A stretch of DNA of 64,000 nucleotides from Lytechinus variegatus (GCF_018143015.1 NC_054751.1:28385438-28449437), one strand, 5' to 3'. Counted from the stretch's first letter, positions 1-12,585 are shown. The notes: generated from the letters alone by a model not told the origin. Translations and numbers: made by a program.

Positions 1-300
1 TCTTTCTGTCTCTCTCATAATCCCCCACCCATACTCTTAACCTTTTCTTCCCTTTTCCATACCTTCAACCTTCCCCCCCCCCCTCGGTCATTTTTTTTCC
101 ATCACGCTCTATCTTTCCTAACATCAAAACATCTAATGTAGATATGAACTGTCATCCTCCTCCTCTTTCTTTCTCTCGCTGTCTCTCACTCCCTCTTTCT
201 CTCAGACACACACACCTTTTTTCCCTACCTATACCCTCCCCTCTCCCCAGGACAACAGTTTTCCTGATAATGTGTAAGTTAGCGAACCAACTAACACCCC
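1..300. repeat. CT-rich low-complexity tract with C homopolymers
   Basis: tctttctgtctctctc...cccccccccc... Confidence 0.8.
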
Positions 301-493
301 CCCCCCCCCCGTCGACACATTAAATATTAGGTCATAAGTCTATCATGGTAAACTAAAACCTCATATTCATGGAATTTGACAAAAATTATGTTGAAAAGAA
401 GTTGAGAATCATGTTTATGATAGGTTTTGCGGTGTAGTCCTTACCTAAACAATACGTGAATGCTGTCATTGGCTATATTTTGGAATTATACCC

Positions 494-680
494 GGTGGGT
501 GTTTCATAAAGCTGCCCGTAAGTTAAGAGCGACTTTAAGAACGACTGGTGATCCTTTCTTGTAGTACATGACGGTTCACCATTCTATTCATTGGCAATAC
601 TTTAGCGCGTAAGAAAGGTTCACCAGTCGTTCTTAAAGTCGCTCTGAAAACTTACGAACAGCTTTATGAAACACCCACCT
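494..680. mobile_element. Small MITE with GGTGGGTGTTTCATAAAGCTG termini
   Basis: ggtgggtgtttcataaagctgcccgtaagttaagagcgactttaagaacgactggtga... against ...tcaccagtcgttcttaaagtcgctctgaaaacttacgaacagctttatgaaacacccacc. This is an almost full-length palindrome. Confidence 0.75.
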
Positions 681-890
681 AATGAGTAACATTTATTTTC
701 GCCAGGTCATTTACACAATTCAAATAGGGATAAACGAGAATGATGACAAAATGAATGCGGGAACGGAAAATGAGAAAGAAAATTTATTGGTTCATAATTA
801 AGTTTCGCCGATAAAATCATACTTGTAAGTCTTGATTTTTTTCATTAAAAGTAGAATCCGAACTCATGATATTTTGGGTTTTTTCTTCAG

Positions 891-1618
891 GTTATGGGAA
901 CATCGCACCAGTCACGACCGGTGGGCGCATCTTCTGCATCTTCTACGGGGTCTTCGGCATCGCACTCCTACTCATCATCCTGGCCAGCATCGGGACCCTC
1001 TTAGCCCAGGGCGCCACCCTTACCTACCGGCGCATGCACACCATGGTCCAGAGTGTCAAGGGAGAGGAGCCCGAAGACGACATGCTCTATCAGCGTGATC
1101 GACGATCACAGGAGATCATCGACGAGATCTGGTCACCACCTCCCGAGGTTCCGAAGGATGGCGAGACGTTGCCGATCCACCGGGTCGATCTGCATGAGAC
1201 CGGGAAGAAGGGCAAGAAGGGTGGACGGAGGGTTGGCGGCGCCATCGGAAAAGGGGAGCAGGCACAGCCGGAAGAACCGCAGATACCTCTCATCGGGATC
1301 CTGATATTCGCGTTCCTGTACGTGTGTCTTCTGGCGCTGCTGATGCAGGCGTGGGAGTCGCAGTGGAACTACTTCGAAGCCTTCTATTTCTCCTTCATCA
1401 CCCTCACCACCATCGGGTTCGGTGACCTGGTTCCCGCGGATCAGAAGCAGCTCATAGCGTCCATCTTCTTCATTCTCCTCGGTATGGCCGTCATGTCGAT
1501 GTGCATCGCGCTCGCCCAGGACATGATCATCCAGAAGGTGGCTTGGTTGAGTGATAAGATCAGCGTCGTCGTCGCCGGCAACAAGCGAAGGAACGTAGAG
1601 GAAGAGGAGGAGTCATAG
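891..1618 (+). CDS. Last coding exon of a two-pore-domain (K2P/KCNK) potassium channel. It runs from pore loop 1 through TM2, a ~110-aa cytoplasmic loop, TM3, pore loop 2 and TM4 to a short C-terminus and the stop codon
   Basis: Translation of ORF 866..1618 contains SGYGNIAPVTTGGRIFCIFYGVFGIALL (filter 1 plus TM2) and FITLTTIGFGDLVP (filter 2). Two hydrophobic helices follow the pore loops. The acceptor is tttttcttcag|GTTATGGG at 890/891, with the frame entering in phase (codon ggt spans the junction). Stop TAG is at 1616-1618. Confidence 0.85.
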
Positions 1619-1682
1619 TCGACATTATACTATAAGGATGACGTCGGATATAATACAGTAAACCTTATGTTAATATGCGAGT

Positions 1683-2281
1683 TAAAGGACAAGTCCACTC
1701 CAACAAAACCTTGATTTGAATAAAAAGAGAAAAATTCAACAAGCATAACACTGAAAATTTCATCAAAATCGGATGTAAAATAAGAAAGTTATGATACTTT
1801 AAAGTTTCGCTTCATTTCACAAAACAGTTATATGCACATCTCGGTTGGTATGCAAATGAGGGAACTGATGACATCACTCACTCACTATTTCTTTTGTATT
1901 TTATTATATAAAATATAAAATATTTTAATTTTCTCGAAATGAATTTCATTCCTCCCTGAACACGTGGAATTCCATTTTTTTAACATTTTGTGCTTCAGGA
2001 AAGGAGGTCCTAATCATCAAATTCGTAAAAATTGAAATATTGTATATTTCAAACAATAAAAAAAAACAAAAGAAATAGTGAGTGAGTGACATCATCGACT
2101 CTCTCATTTGGATGTAACTGGCTCGTTCATATTACTATTTTGTTAAAAATAAGCGAAACTTTGAAATGTCATAACTTTCTTATTTTATATCCGATTTTGA
2201 TGAAATTTTCAGCATTTTGCTTGTCTGATTTTTCTCTATTGATTTAAATCAACATTTTTCTGAGCTGGACTTGACCTTTAA
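1683..2281. mobile_element. Copy 1 of MITE family A: ~600 bp, long TIRs of ~230-280 bp, ends TTAAAGGACAAGTCCAC...GTGGACTTGACCTTTAA
   Basis: The two halves are reverse complements (aaggacaagtccactccaacaaaacc... against ...ggacttgacctttaa). The same unit recurs 4 more times in the window. It lies just 3' of the K2P stop codon. Confidence 0.85.
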
Positions 2282-5200
2282 TATGAAAATGAAAATGATG
2301 AAAATCTATCATATTGTATCTAAGGAGACTGCGTCATGGTGACAACGTATTAAGAGGAACGTTATATCTTGTAAAGATTGTGTACTAATCAAAAACAAAC
2401 TATCATTATTTGGATTCGAATTGGCATTGTAAAAAATGAAGTAAACTCCAAAGCCTTTGTGGATGATCAAAAGCGAGGATCCAAGGGGGGCGCGAAGGCA
2501 TGGCCCTCCTCCTTGGCCTACATTTTTTTACGAAAATTAATGTTATAATCATCACTCTGTGCTGAAGAGTGTGTGCCCCTCATGTGTCAATATTGAAGTC
2601 AACAATGGAAATATGCCCCATTTTTAGTTATATGACATTTTGGGGCTTGTCAATATTTTATGAGTTATTTCGTTGGGACGTTTTCAAGGTGGTACTCTTT
2701 GTTGTTTAAAACAATGTCCAAACTATCTTCTCATTCCCTGTCCCACTCTCACATGAAATCAAGTATCCACAATCCCCCTCCCCGAATGGAGAAATAACTA
2801 TTGATAAACATGAAAAATACACCAACCACAACCGTATATGTTAATTGATATGGTGTTGTCCATTGCATTGTCATTTTCATTTTGTTCGTAATACTGATAA
2901 TGATGGATGATTGTTGTTTGTTTTATCAATAGTTTAGCCCACATGGGTTCAATGGTTATCTTAAACTTAAACCAAACCTCATTGAGATGAGTGAAGTTTT
3001 ATTAAAAAACAAACATTCTTTTTATCTTTGTAGCTACGGCATTGACTCCAAGTAAAATCGTTTGAATGCATGGTGAAGGTGAAAATAATGTTGTGTTTTT
3101 TTTACTATGATAAAAATGGTTATATATGGCTGTTGATGATTACAGTAAGAGAATTTGAACTGAAATGTGAATATTGTACCAAATACAGTAGTGTTCAGTA
3201 AATCAGCCGAAATAAAAGATAAAGGTAACAAATACCTTTGAGGTTTAATTTGTTCGAATGTTATACTATATTATTTTGTTAGGGTAAAATAGAAATGTAT
3301 GAGATATTATCTGTAATTTGGTCTTTTTAACTGCGCATTTGGGCGATTCCGTGCTAGAAAAATCAGCCATTTTAACAACATATTTGAACCTGCTGTCCAA
3401 ACGAACGAAGAACTTCAATTTGCTTTGTGGTACTACTGGGTAGACATGCAAAAAAACTGACAAACAACAAAAATATGTTGTCCATATTAGAGCTTAAAAT
3501 GTTGCGTGTCGTACGGGACATTTCTGCGTCCCGTACGACACACATTTTCACCTATAATTTACCCATAATCATTTTTTTTGTGTGTGTGTGTTGGTTATTA
3601 GTTTTTCACATGACTACCCACTATAGCTTTATCAATGACGAAAAAGAATATTTTATTGCCCAAGCATTCGGCTAGGAAACTAGAAATTGTTGTCAAAATA
3701 TCCCGTACGACACGTATAGAATCGCCCATTTACGTTATTTCCAAACCCATCATTGATAATGCTTGCCAGTCGACTTACGTCACTCTCAAAGGTCCATGCT
3801 CAAAGCAGCGACAGCAGAGAAGTATATCATTTGTTTTTAAAATGTGCATCATCAGTATATTGTTTATGCCGCAGATTTTTGTTTGATCTCTCCGAAAGTC
3901 TTTCCTTAAAAGGATCCTTTCCGTGATCACTCAATTTATACAACCTTTTTTTTGGGACACACAATGACGTTGCTGCATAAACAAGGAAATTATACATCCA
4001 AAGGGTCCTCCTATGCCCGTTAAGTTTGGTTGGTTGAAAGTCATCTCGTCAGCAATTTCTCTCAATTGCAATTCAATTCTTTATTCCATTTCCGTTCAAA
4101 ACATAATTCAAAGTAATACAAATCAAGTACAATTTTACAGACGAGCACTGTTACTTCGTAAAACAAAAAAAAAAACAATATGATATTGAGCATAAATGGA
4201 AATGAGGGGGGTCCACTGTAAAGCAAAGCTTGTAAAGTGTGGATCCCCCTTGGAAATGAAGAAAATATAATATATGCGTTTATATACAGGAAAGAAAAAA
4301 GAGAAGGAACAAAAAGGTCGAAATCATATTGATGTAAACATAATTGCAGAACAAATGCAAAGCTATTCACACAAAGAGGTCTTCGCTGTGAATGTATTAT
4401 GTTGCGCAATAGACAGAAAAAGCAGAAAGAGAGAGGGAATGACAAGACATAGAAGACAAGACAAAACAAGAGACAGGTCAGTACAAGACAAGATAATATA
4501 ATAAGTAATTTTTTTTAAGGAGGAAAAGTCAGAATGGGGAAGGGCTGACCACATTCATTTGCTTTCTTGAAAGTAGTCGGGTGATCATATTTTTGCCATG
4601 TGGATTTTCTCTAGAAACTCGCATTTAACTGATAAAAATATCATCATAGAAGTACCAGCAGCTTCCCCTCATCTTCTTTCATTTTTCTAACGCGCTTTGA
4701 AATCCTTGAAAAGTTGTTCTATTATTATTATTGCGGTATTTATCTGCCGAAATGCCATTTGCATGAATGTTAAATAAGTATGTCTTAGAGAACTCCTTTT
4801 TCATGATTCTATTTCTTTGCCAGTGGCCGAGATAGAGTAATGTCAGAATATCCTAGAAATATAGGCTTACGAAAAGTTTAGAAATAGCTTGAAAACACAT
4901 TTATTCACCATTTTGTAAACAATTAATGTAAGAATCCAGCACTCTCCCCTCCATCTCCACTCCTTTCGTGAAAAGCGCTTAGAGACATGCAACTTTGCTT
5001 ACGTATTTTTCGCTATACAAAAACGTTTCATTATTATTATTAATGACGAAAAACAAAAATGTGAGCCATGAAGCGTACATCGTTGCCAAGTAGATCATGG
5101 CGTTTTCTGCTTGTGTATGAAAATGAAACCAAACTCTCTGCTGATTTTTGTTGATGAAAATGGGATGCACAAAAATTTGATCCCCCGCCCCGGCAGCTTA

Positions 5201-6414
5201 TTTTTTTTTACTATTTGATGATGGAGGGGTTCACGGAAAATATGTCAATTTATTTAGTATTGTATCAATTTATACCATAGCATATTGTATTGCATCGCAT
5301 GACAGTGGCCAGTAGTAGGTCCATGCAGTGGCGAACCCAAATGACTTTTTTGTCTGTTTCAAGAACCTTCTTTCTTGAAATAATGTATTGTTTTTCTATT
5401 TTTGCAATACTTTATAAGAAAAAAATATATTTAAAACTACTCTTTATCATATTGAAGATTTGAATGGAATATAGCGAGCTTAAAATTTTGCATTCTGGAT
5501 TCAATATATTCACTTTTTCAAGTTTGTATTGATAAAAAAAATCAAATATTTTCCCCTGAATCTGACATCAATCATGTCAATTTCCAATATCGCATGCCAT
5601 GTAAATGGGAACTGTATACGCTCTATCTGGTATATCTAATGTTTTCTACCAAAGATTTCGCTAGATTCATTTGATATTGCGGGAATTAATTTAGGCTTCA
5701 GTCACACTAACGAAACCGATATCAAACTAATCGATGGTATGTCATTGAAAATAACGTATTAGATTAGGTCGGTTTCGGTGTATATGTGTTTCCCGGTGTG
5801 ACCAGCATACTTGGTATATCGTCAGAAGCAGTCGGGGAAATGGATAGATATGGGAGCATCGACTGATTTGAAGATGGAAAGAGAGGAGGGGGTAGGTTGG
5901 GTGGAGTGAATCGATGATCTAAGGGGAATGATCTGGTTACTAATTGATTGATTGCATTTATTCTTTTTTCATTCCAAAATTTAACATAAGTTACAATGTA
6001 TAAGGAGGAAGATGCTTTGGCCCCGCCCCTTGAACAATGACGGCGTTTTTGTTCCGCTTGCCATGCTTTTTAAAGGCCATGTATATATTACATTTTAAGT
6101 TTTTTTTTGCAACAATGACGCAATTTATTGCCCACGAAAACCTCCCACTCCAAAAATAAAAGGATGAATAAACAAATACCTAACGGAAAAAAGGAACATT
6201 TTTTCTCTCTTTTCTCCCCCATTGCCAACAGCCCCACCTCCATTAATGAGATTGTAGTTTGACCCCCGTGTGTTGGGCAAAGTGAAGAGGGTTTTTTTTT
6301 CGATTTGAACGGGTGGACAGAGAAACAAAGAAAAACTGTGCAAGAGAAAGTGGGGAAAGATAAAGGGGTTGGGAGGGACAGGCAAAGAGAGGGTGGAAAC
6401 TAGAAAGAAAGGGG

Positions 6415-6600
6415 AATTGTGATGATGGTGGTGGTGTTGTTGGTGTTTGGTGGTGATGGTGGAGATGATGATGATGTAGGTGTTATTGATGAATGATGAT
6501 GATGACGGATAATGATGATGGCAATGATGAAAATGACGATGGATTAAGATGGAGATTATATTGATGGATGATGATAAATATTACAATGATGATAACTAAT
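6415..6600. repeat. (GATGRT)n microsatellite, the reverse complement of the 6890-7170 tract, forming an inverted microsatellite pair
   Basis: gatgatggtggtggtgttgttgg...gatgatgatgatgacggataatgatgatgg. Confidence 0.85.
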
Positions 6601-6889
6601 GCTTCCTTTCGGTAAGCTAGTGCCTCTCGCCCCTCCCCCCCGAGAGAATATGGAGAAGCGGAGAGAGTGGAAGAGAACAGAGGGAGTGAATAATGAAGAG
6701 TGCGTGAGAGGCATGCGGATGTGTGTGTAAGAGAGAAAGAGAGAGGCAGACAGAGACAGATACCGACTGATACAGGGAGAAAGGAGCAAGAATAGAATGG
6801 GGGGAAAATGTGTCGGTATTAAGTAAAATTAAAAAAAAAAGACAAGGATGGCATCATGATCACGAGTGGCGGCAATGGTTAGAGTTATC

Positions 6890-7170
6890 ATCTATAATCC
6901 ATCAGTATAACCTACATCATCATCTCCATCATTGTCGTCGTCATCATCATCTATCCTCCATCATCATCTTCTACCATCATCATCATCACCATCATAATTA
7001 TCTTCTATCATCTATCATCATCTATCATCATTATCACCATTTTCATCATCACCATCATCATCACCACCATCATCATCATCACCATCATCATCTTCTATCA
7101 TCCATCATCGCTATCATCATCATTATCACCATTTTCATTATTATCTCCATCATCATCATCAATCTAATAC
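6890..7170. repeat. (CAT/ATC)n imperfect microsatellite, ~280 bp
   Basis: catcatcatcaccatcat... This produces the poly-His artefact ORF 6810..7205. Confidence 0.9.
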
Positions 7171-8256
7171 AGCACACAATAAAACAAGGGAACTCACATT
7201 CATAGTAGCATTATAACAGGTCTGAAATATATTTCAAGGAGTTAAATAAACCAAAATTTTAATTTGAAATGAAAATAAATGAAGACTAATGAAAATAACC
7301 TTTACAGACCATCAACATTAATAATAAAAGTAAAGATTACGATTTAAATAATTTTCTGAAGATAGTTAAAAGACAGGCAGGTTAACACTGGACTAACCAA
7401 TACTATTTCATACCATGAAGCGAAAACAAATTAAGTAGGTATAAGTAAACAGAAATTAACCCTGTGATTGTGTAGAAATTTCCCAACATTTCAGCTGAAC
7501 AATATTATTTGGCATATTAGTAATTGACAATGAATCCTTAAGACCAATTGTCCTGTGAGGCTGATTTCCCCCTTATTTTCCTCTCTGTGTTTGTGTCTAT
7601 TTTATGAGAATTATTAAGATAGAAAGGATTATTCTTGCACCTTGGAGAGGTAGTCCCTTCACGTTTTTTACAGTTACAATATAATCCATGTCATTTTCAT
7701 CAAATTTACACAGAGTGACAGAACTATACTTTAGTACTCGTCCTGAACAAGGTAGGGGAAAATACAGGTTCACCTAGTTATCCTGTGTGACTTTGAATTT
7801 ACATTGAAAGTCAGCTAGAATAGATTTTGGGCTGCAATAGTCCTCATGGGATCACAAGGTTGAGTTAAATCTTTATTTCTCCGTCAAAACTAATTCTGAT
7901 TTCATAAAATCTTCCAGTTTAGTTCAGAAATGTATCCAAAATATGGAAAATACTAATACACTTTTTTGCCCTTTTTGTGTAAATAATGTTATTGTGTTTT
8001 CTTTTTGGTATTTCTGATCGTATGTGAATATTGTAATTTTGTTCTTGATTACCGCGTATTAATAAATACTTGAATTAAAAAATATCTCTGTCCGTAGGCC
8101 ACAGGTGTCCTGGGCCTTCTGTCTCATGGGTCTTTGGTCTCCCGGGCCTTTGCTATCACAGGCCTTCAAGTTTCTGGATCAACTGGGCATTAACAGTTCA
8201 TTTAAAACTATCTGACAAGCTTTTTCAGTAAGCAAACTGATCAGGGGCAGATCCAG

Positions 8257-9008
8257 GGGTGGTATTCTGTAACTCTGTCATAACTTTTGTCATAAATTTT
8301 GTCATTTCTCTCCGAGATGTGACACCGCTATGATTGTCACAAATCGGTATTCTGAACATTGTCTTTTCCCTGTCATATCTCTCAAAGTTCCCGCCCATCT
8401 TTTCGGAAGCAATCCAATCAAAATCATTGTTAGTTCCCAGTGGGAGCCCTTCTAGCCAATAGGAATGCCCCGTGACAGGTAGGGGATATCCCCAATTCTG
8501 TTTCTGGCATCGCGCAACTACGCGAATATTGATGCGCTTAATTACAAAGAGAGACAGGGAGCTGTGAAGGATTTTAGAGAAGTAGAAAAATAAGGAAAAC
8601 AGAGAAAAAAGGGAGAAATTAATATGTAGGGCCTAACTAATTGTAGCATGACAAAATAATTCAAAAAATTGTCGTGGATGATGAGTGAAACTTATGCCAC
8701 AATCTAATCTAAATGATATCGTTATATGCTTGACATTCAGTCGGCAGGGTATCGGGATATTTGGTACTAAAAGATATGACAAAATTTATGACTGCTACCC
8801 CCTGTCATAACTTTTGTCATATCTTTTGCTTGTATAAAAGGATTACGCGCATCAAAGCCGCGTATTTTTGGTGCGCGCCAAAGAGATAAGACAAAATTTA
8901 TGACAATTTTTGTGACAAAAGTTATGACATCCACCAGAATACCGATTTTGTCATATCTCTGAGATAAGATAAAATATGGAGATAAGACAATGTTCAGAAT
9001 ACCGCCCC
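8257..9008. mobile_element. ~750-bp TIR element (GGGGTGGTATTCTG ... CAGAATACCGCCCC) with nested subterminal inverted repeats and CCAAT-containing unique DNA in the middle
   Basis: Terminal repeats are present, together with internal gtcataacttttgtcata and cggtattctgaacattgtctt copies in both orientations. Confidence 0.6.
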
Positions 9009-10077
9009 AGGATTTTTCAAGGGGGGGCACATTTTCCCCGAGAAAAATTTTGACAACCAAGCAAGCAAAAAAAAAAATTTACAAGCAAAAAAAAAAGGTC
9101 CTCACTTTCAAAGGGGGGGGCAACACTTGTGTTTTAACTGCATTTCTACATTACAAATTTTAACAGTGCCTCTCAAAGAAGGGGGGCACAAACACTAAAA
9201 TGATACAATATATTCATGAAAAATAAATAACTCTGAATCCCCCCCCCCCATTTGAATTGGGGGAAAAGAATATATGTGCATCATTATGAAAGCTGCAATT
9301 TCAAAAAAGGTCTGTTGTTCATGCACTAATTTCTTTGTATGCTTTAGAGCTGGTAGACTTTCCAAATAGTCTTGACTGGCTGTTCCACGATGATGAACTA
9401 TTTAATGATATTTGCTGCGTACACAAAACTAAAAAAGGAGTAGTCAGTGTCAAAATCCAATGACAAGGCAGTAGTGGGTGATTTCAAGTTTGGTGTTAAT
9501 CTTTTGGTGTAGGTGTTGAGTTAGAATTTACATCAGCAAAAAAACTTTAAAGCTAAGTTCAAGTGATGATTTAAAAGTCTGATCTTAAAAGGAAATTGCT
9601 GAATTTTGGAAGCAATCCTGTAATGTTTATTGTATGCCAGAATGCTTATTCAGGACAAGAAAATTCAATGAGTATAATTCAGGTTTGCTTGAAATAATAT
9701 TCATGTCATTATCACATGAATCTCTTGGTGTAGATACACAGGAAACAGCATGTGGGATCACACCATTTTTTTTCCAGAAAATTTGTCTTTTCTTCACTTT
9801 CTTATTACTCTGTAATTACATGTTTTCCGGAAATATTGTCTCGCATATATCATTTATCTTTATTTCTTTAATAATTCTGTGGAAGTTTTGTTCAATTCTG
9901 TGAACATTTTACATTCTGTTGTTACCAGTACCATAGTTGATCTTTCAATATGAAGCTAGTCCTGAGATGACTCTCACTATATGTTGAGCTATCATTAATG
10001 TGATTTGGATTATTTTTTGTAACCTCCCATAGTCACTTTATTGTGTTTTTGCTGTTAAAGGATTGCAAGGGATTGTG

Positions 10078-10352
10078 CGGGCATCGTGGTCTAGTGGTTC
10101 TGACTCTCGCCTTTCAAATAGAGGGTCGTCAGTTCGAATTCTAGCCATGGTGTGTTTTCCTTCAGCAAGAAATTTATCCACTGTGCTTCACTCGACCGAG
10201 GTAAGGTAAATGGGTACCAACAGGAAGTAATTCCTCAAAAAGCTGTGAGCGCTAGAATCGGTAGACTAGCTCAGCCGGGGTAATATAGGAGCACCTTGAG
10301 TACCTAGCAAGGTGGATATGTGTGCTATACAAATCCTATATTATTATTATTA
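10078..10352 (+). mobile_element. tRNA-derived SINE (family S1) with an (ATT)n tail
   Basis: The tRNA-like head is gggcatcgtggtctagtggttctgactctcgcc...gggtcgtcagttcgaattc. The body is shared with the copies at 57316 and 57659. The tail is gctatacaaatcctatattattattattaa. Confidence 0.8.
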
Positions 10353-10419
10353 ATCAGCATCATGCTTTGACACAAACGCCAAGAATGAATCAGCCAGAGC
10401 ATATAATATTCAAACAGAC

Positions 10420-10556
10420 TTGTTTAGCTCATGGTAACCAGAGGATGGAGGGCTTAAGGTCCTCTCTGAGGGACATGGTAATGAGGATTTAAACGCCTTA
10501 CCAAAGGGCACCAGAATATGAAAACCCTGCTCTTCCGACTGAGCCATCTCACCCCT
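10420..10556 (-). mobile_element. tRNA-derived SINE (family S2), reverse strand
   Basis: The reverse complement reads ggggtgagatggctcagtcggaagagcagggttttcatattctggtgccctttggtaaggcg...cctcagagaggaccttaagccc, with a tRNA-like A box and B box. Confidence 0.7.
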
Positions 10557-10859
10557 TAAATGACATAGGAAAATGTTCATACTAGTAGGGACTGTAACCC
10601 AGGATGTGCAAAGATTCACTCATATTGTTCAATCTCTACAAGTATCTAATTTGAATAACAAATTAATTTGGTCAACAAATGAATTTAATCCATACCTTCA
10701 AACCATAGTAGCTTGCTCATCTCCAACCTGTTTTAATAGGTTGGTAAGTAAATGAATAATAATACAATCTACATCATAAAACAAGTTTTTATGAAATGTG
10801 AAGCAAATGAATAAAATAGCAAAGTATGCCTGTAAGCAAGACATTGGGGAGTGTTCACA

Positions 10860-11355
10860 CTAGTAGGGATGGTAACCCGGGTTAATCTTTGAAGATCTAC
10901 GCATACTGGGTCCATTCTTCCCACCACCGTGACAAGTCCTAGGATCGTACGATTGCCAGTAAGGTTGGAAACCCCAATTCGGGTCGTTCCCGTACGGACC
11001 GTTCCCGTAAGGATCATTACCATACGGAGCGTTTCCATGCGGCGAGTACCCGTACGGGTCGTTCCAGTTCGGACCATATGGATCCATGTGTCCACCTCCA
11101 TTCCACGAGTCATGGTAGTAGGCTTCCTGTCCCTGCCATTCGACTCTATGATCCATCCCTCTGTCTCTCCTCAAGCTGCCACCCCTACTTCTGAATGGAC
11201 CATCCTGCTGGGCTCTCCCATTCCACTGATAGGGGTCGTAGAAGTGCTGATGACCTCTTCTTATTTCTTTGTCATGATCATGGTTATTTCTAGTCCAATG
11301 ATGGTCATTCTTTCCCTTGCCTTTGTAGTGTTTTTTGGTATGTGAAGAAGCTCTC
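10860..11355 (-). CDS. Terminal coding exon encoding a Tyr/Pro/Gly/Asn/His-rich low-complexity C-terminal region with repeated (N)DPYG motifs. The protein is unidentified
   Basis: The minus-strand frame is open from the acceptor ctgtttcctcattgatacag|GAGAGC (AG at 11356-11357) to stop TAG at 10860. Translation reads ...KHYKGKGKNDHHWTRNNHDHDKEIRRGHQHFYDPYQWNGRAQQDGPFRSRGGSLRRDRGMDHRVEWQGQEAYYHDSWNGGGHMDPYGPNWNDPYGYSPHGNAPYGNDPYGNGPYGNDPNWGFQPYWQSYDPRTCHGGGKNGPSMRRSSKINPGYHPY*. An in-frame TGA lies immediately upstream of the acceptor, so the exon boundary is sharp. Confidence 0.5.
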
Positions 11356-11990
11356 CTGTATCAATGAGGAAACAGGCATTTTCAATCAATTAACTTCTCT
11401 CCAATCCATTCATTTCTTCAAATCATGGGCCTTCCGTGCATAATTATATAAAGTAATTAAAATAAACTATCAATCATACAAATCTAAATAATTATACTTC
11501 AAATTGATGGAACAGAAAAGGACTTGTGGTAGTGAAATACATTTAGGTGATTTCTCAGAAATCAATAAATGATTGTCAGTAATAATAACATGAATGAAGA
11601 AAGCAAAGTAGATGTTCTGCTTTGTACTCACATCAGTTAATGAACATTTGGCCGCAAACAAGGGAAAATACATAAACATTGGTTGGATACAGTCATTACA
11701 GCAACAACTCGGTGCATTTAAGGAATCATCCTTCTGGGCATCGTTGCATAAAACATACTATTATGGTAACTTCGGCACTCGATGGTTATTTCAGGAAACC
11801 CTTGATTCTGATTAGCTGTTGAGCATTGTTACCATGGTAATTTCCATAATACATATCATTCAAGGACATTGGTAAAAATTACACAAGAGGTGCATCTGGA
11901 ACACTTCTACACGTTTGGACCTCTTTAAAAGGGAACAAGTGTATTCTTATGCCCGAGCAAAATGATGTGTCATGAGTGTATCATATTTCT

Positions 11991-12585
11991 TTAAAGGACA
12001 AGTCCACCCCAACAAAAAGATGATTTGAAAAAAAGAGAAAAATCCAACAATCATAACACTGAAAATTTATCAAAATTGAATGTAAAATAGGAGAGTTCTG
12101 ACATATTCTAATTTTGCTTAATTAAAAAAAACAGTTATATGCACATACTGGTCGGTATGTAAATGAGGGGACTGATGAGATCACTCACTATTTCTTTTGT
12201 ATTTTATTATATGAAATATTCTAACTTCCTCCTCATTATAAGGGGAAACAATTTTTCTTCCTCCATGAACGTGGGGAATTAAAATTGTTATAACATTTTA
12301 TAATTCAGTCAAGCTGGTCCTAATTGTCAAATATGTATATAAAAAAGAAATATTGTATAATTCAAACAATAAGAAACAAAAGAAATAGTGAGGGACATCA
12401 TCGGCTCTCTCATTTCCATGTTACCGAGATGTGTGTATAACTCTTTTGTGAAAAATAAGCATAACTTCAAATGTCAAAACTTTATTTTACATCCGATTTT
12501 GATGAAATTTTCAGTGTTATTCTTGTTTGATTTTTCTCTGTTCATTCAAATCAACATATTTCTGGTGTGGACGACCTTTCTTGAA
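11991..12585. mobile_element. Copy 2 of MITE family A (right end degenerate)
   Basis: Same TIR sequence, ttaaaggacaagtccaccccaacaaaaag ... tggacgacctttcttgaa. Confidence 0.8.

Noticed and set aside
6810-7205. 131-aa poly-His ORF
   Set aside because: It is pure translation of a (CAT)n microsatellite, with no flanking splice signals or start-codon context
8767-9060. 97-aa minus-strand ORF
   Set aside because: It lies entirely within the 8257-9008 TIR element and spans its internal inverted repeats
10078-10150. tRNA gene candidates at 10078, 57316, 57659 and 10556 (reverse)
   Set aside because: The tRNA-like heads are each followed by family-specific SINE bodies and (ATT)n tails. Acceptor-stem pairing is imperfect. 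They are called as tRNA-derived SINEs rather than functional tRNA genes
10860-11174. Supplied ORF starting with M at 11174
   Set aside because: The start is actually TTG (Leu). The ORF caller uses a bacterial start set. The frame continues upstream to a splice acceptor at 11355, so it is modelled as a spliced terminal exon instead
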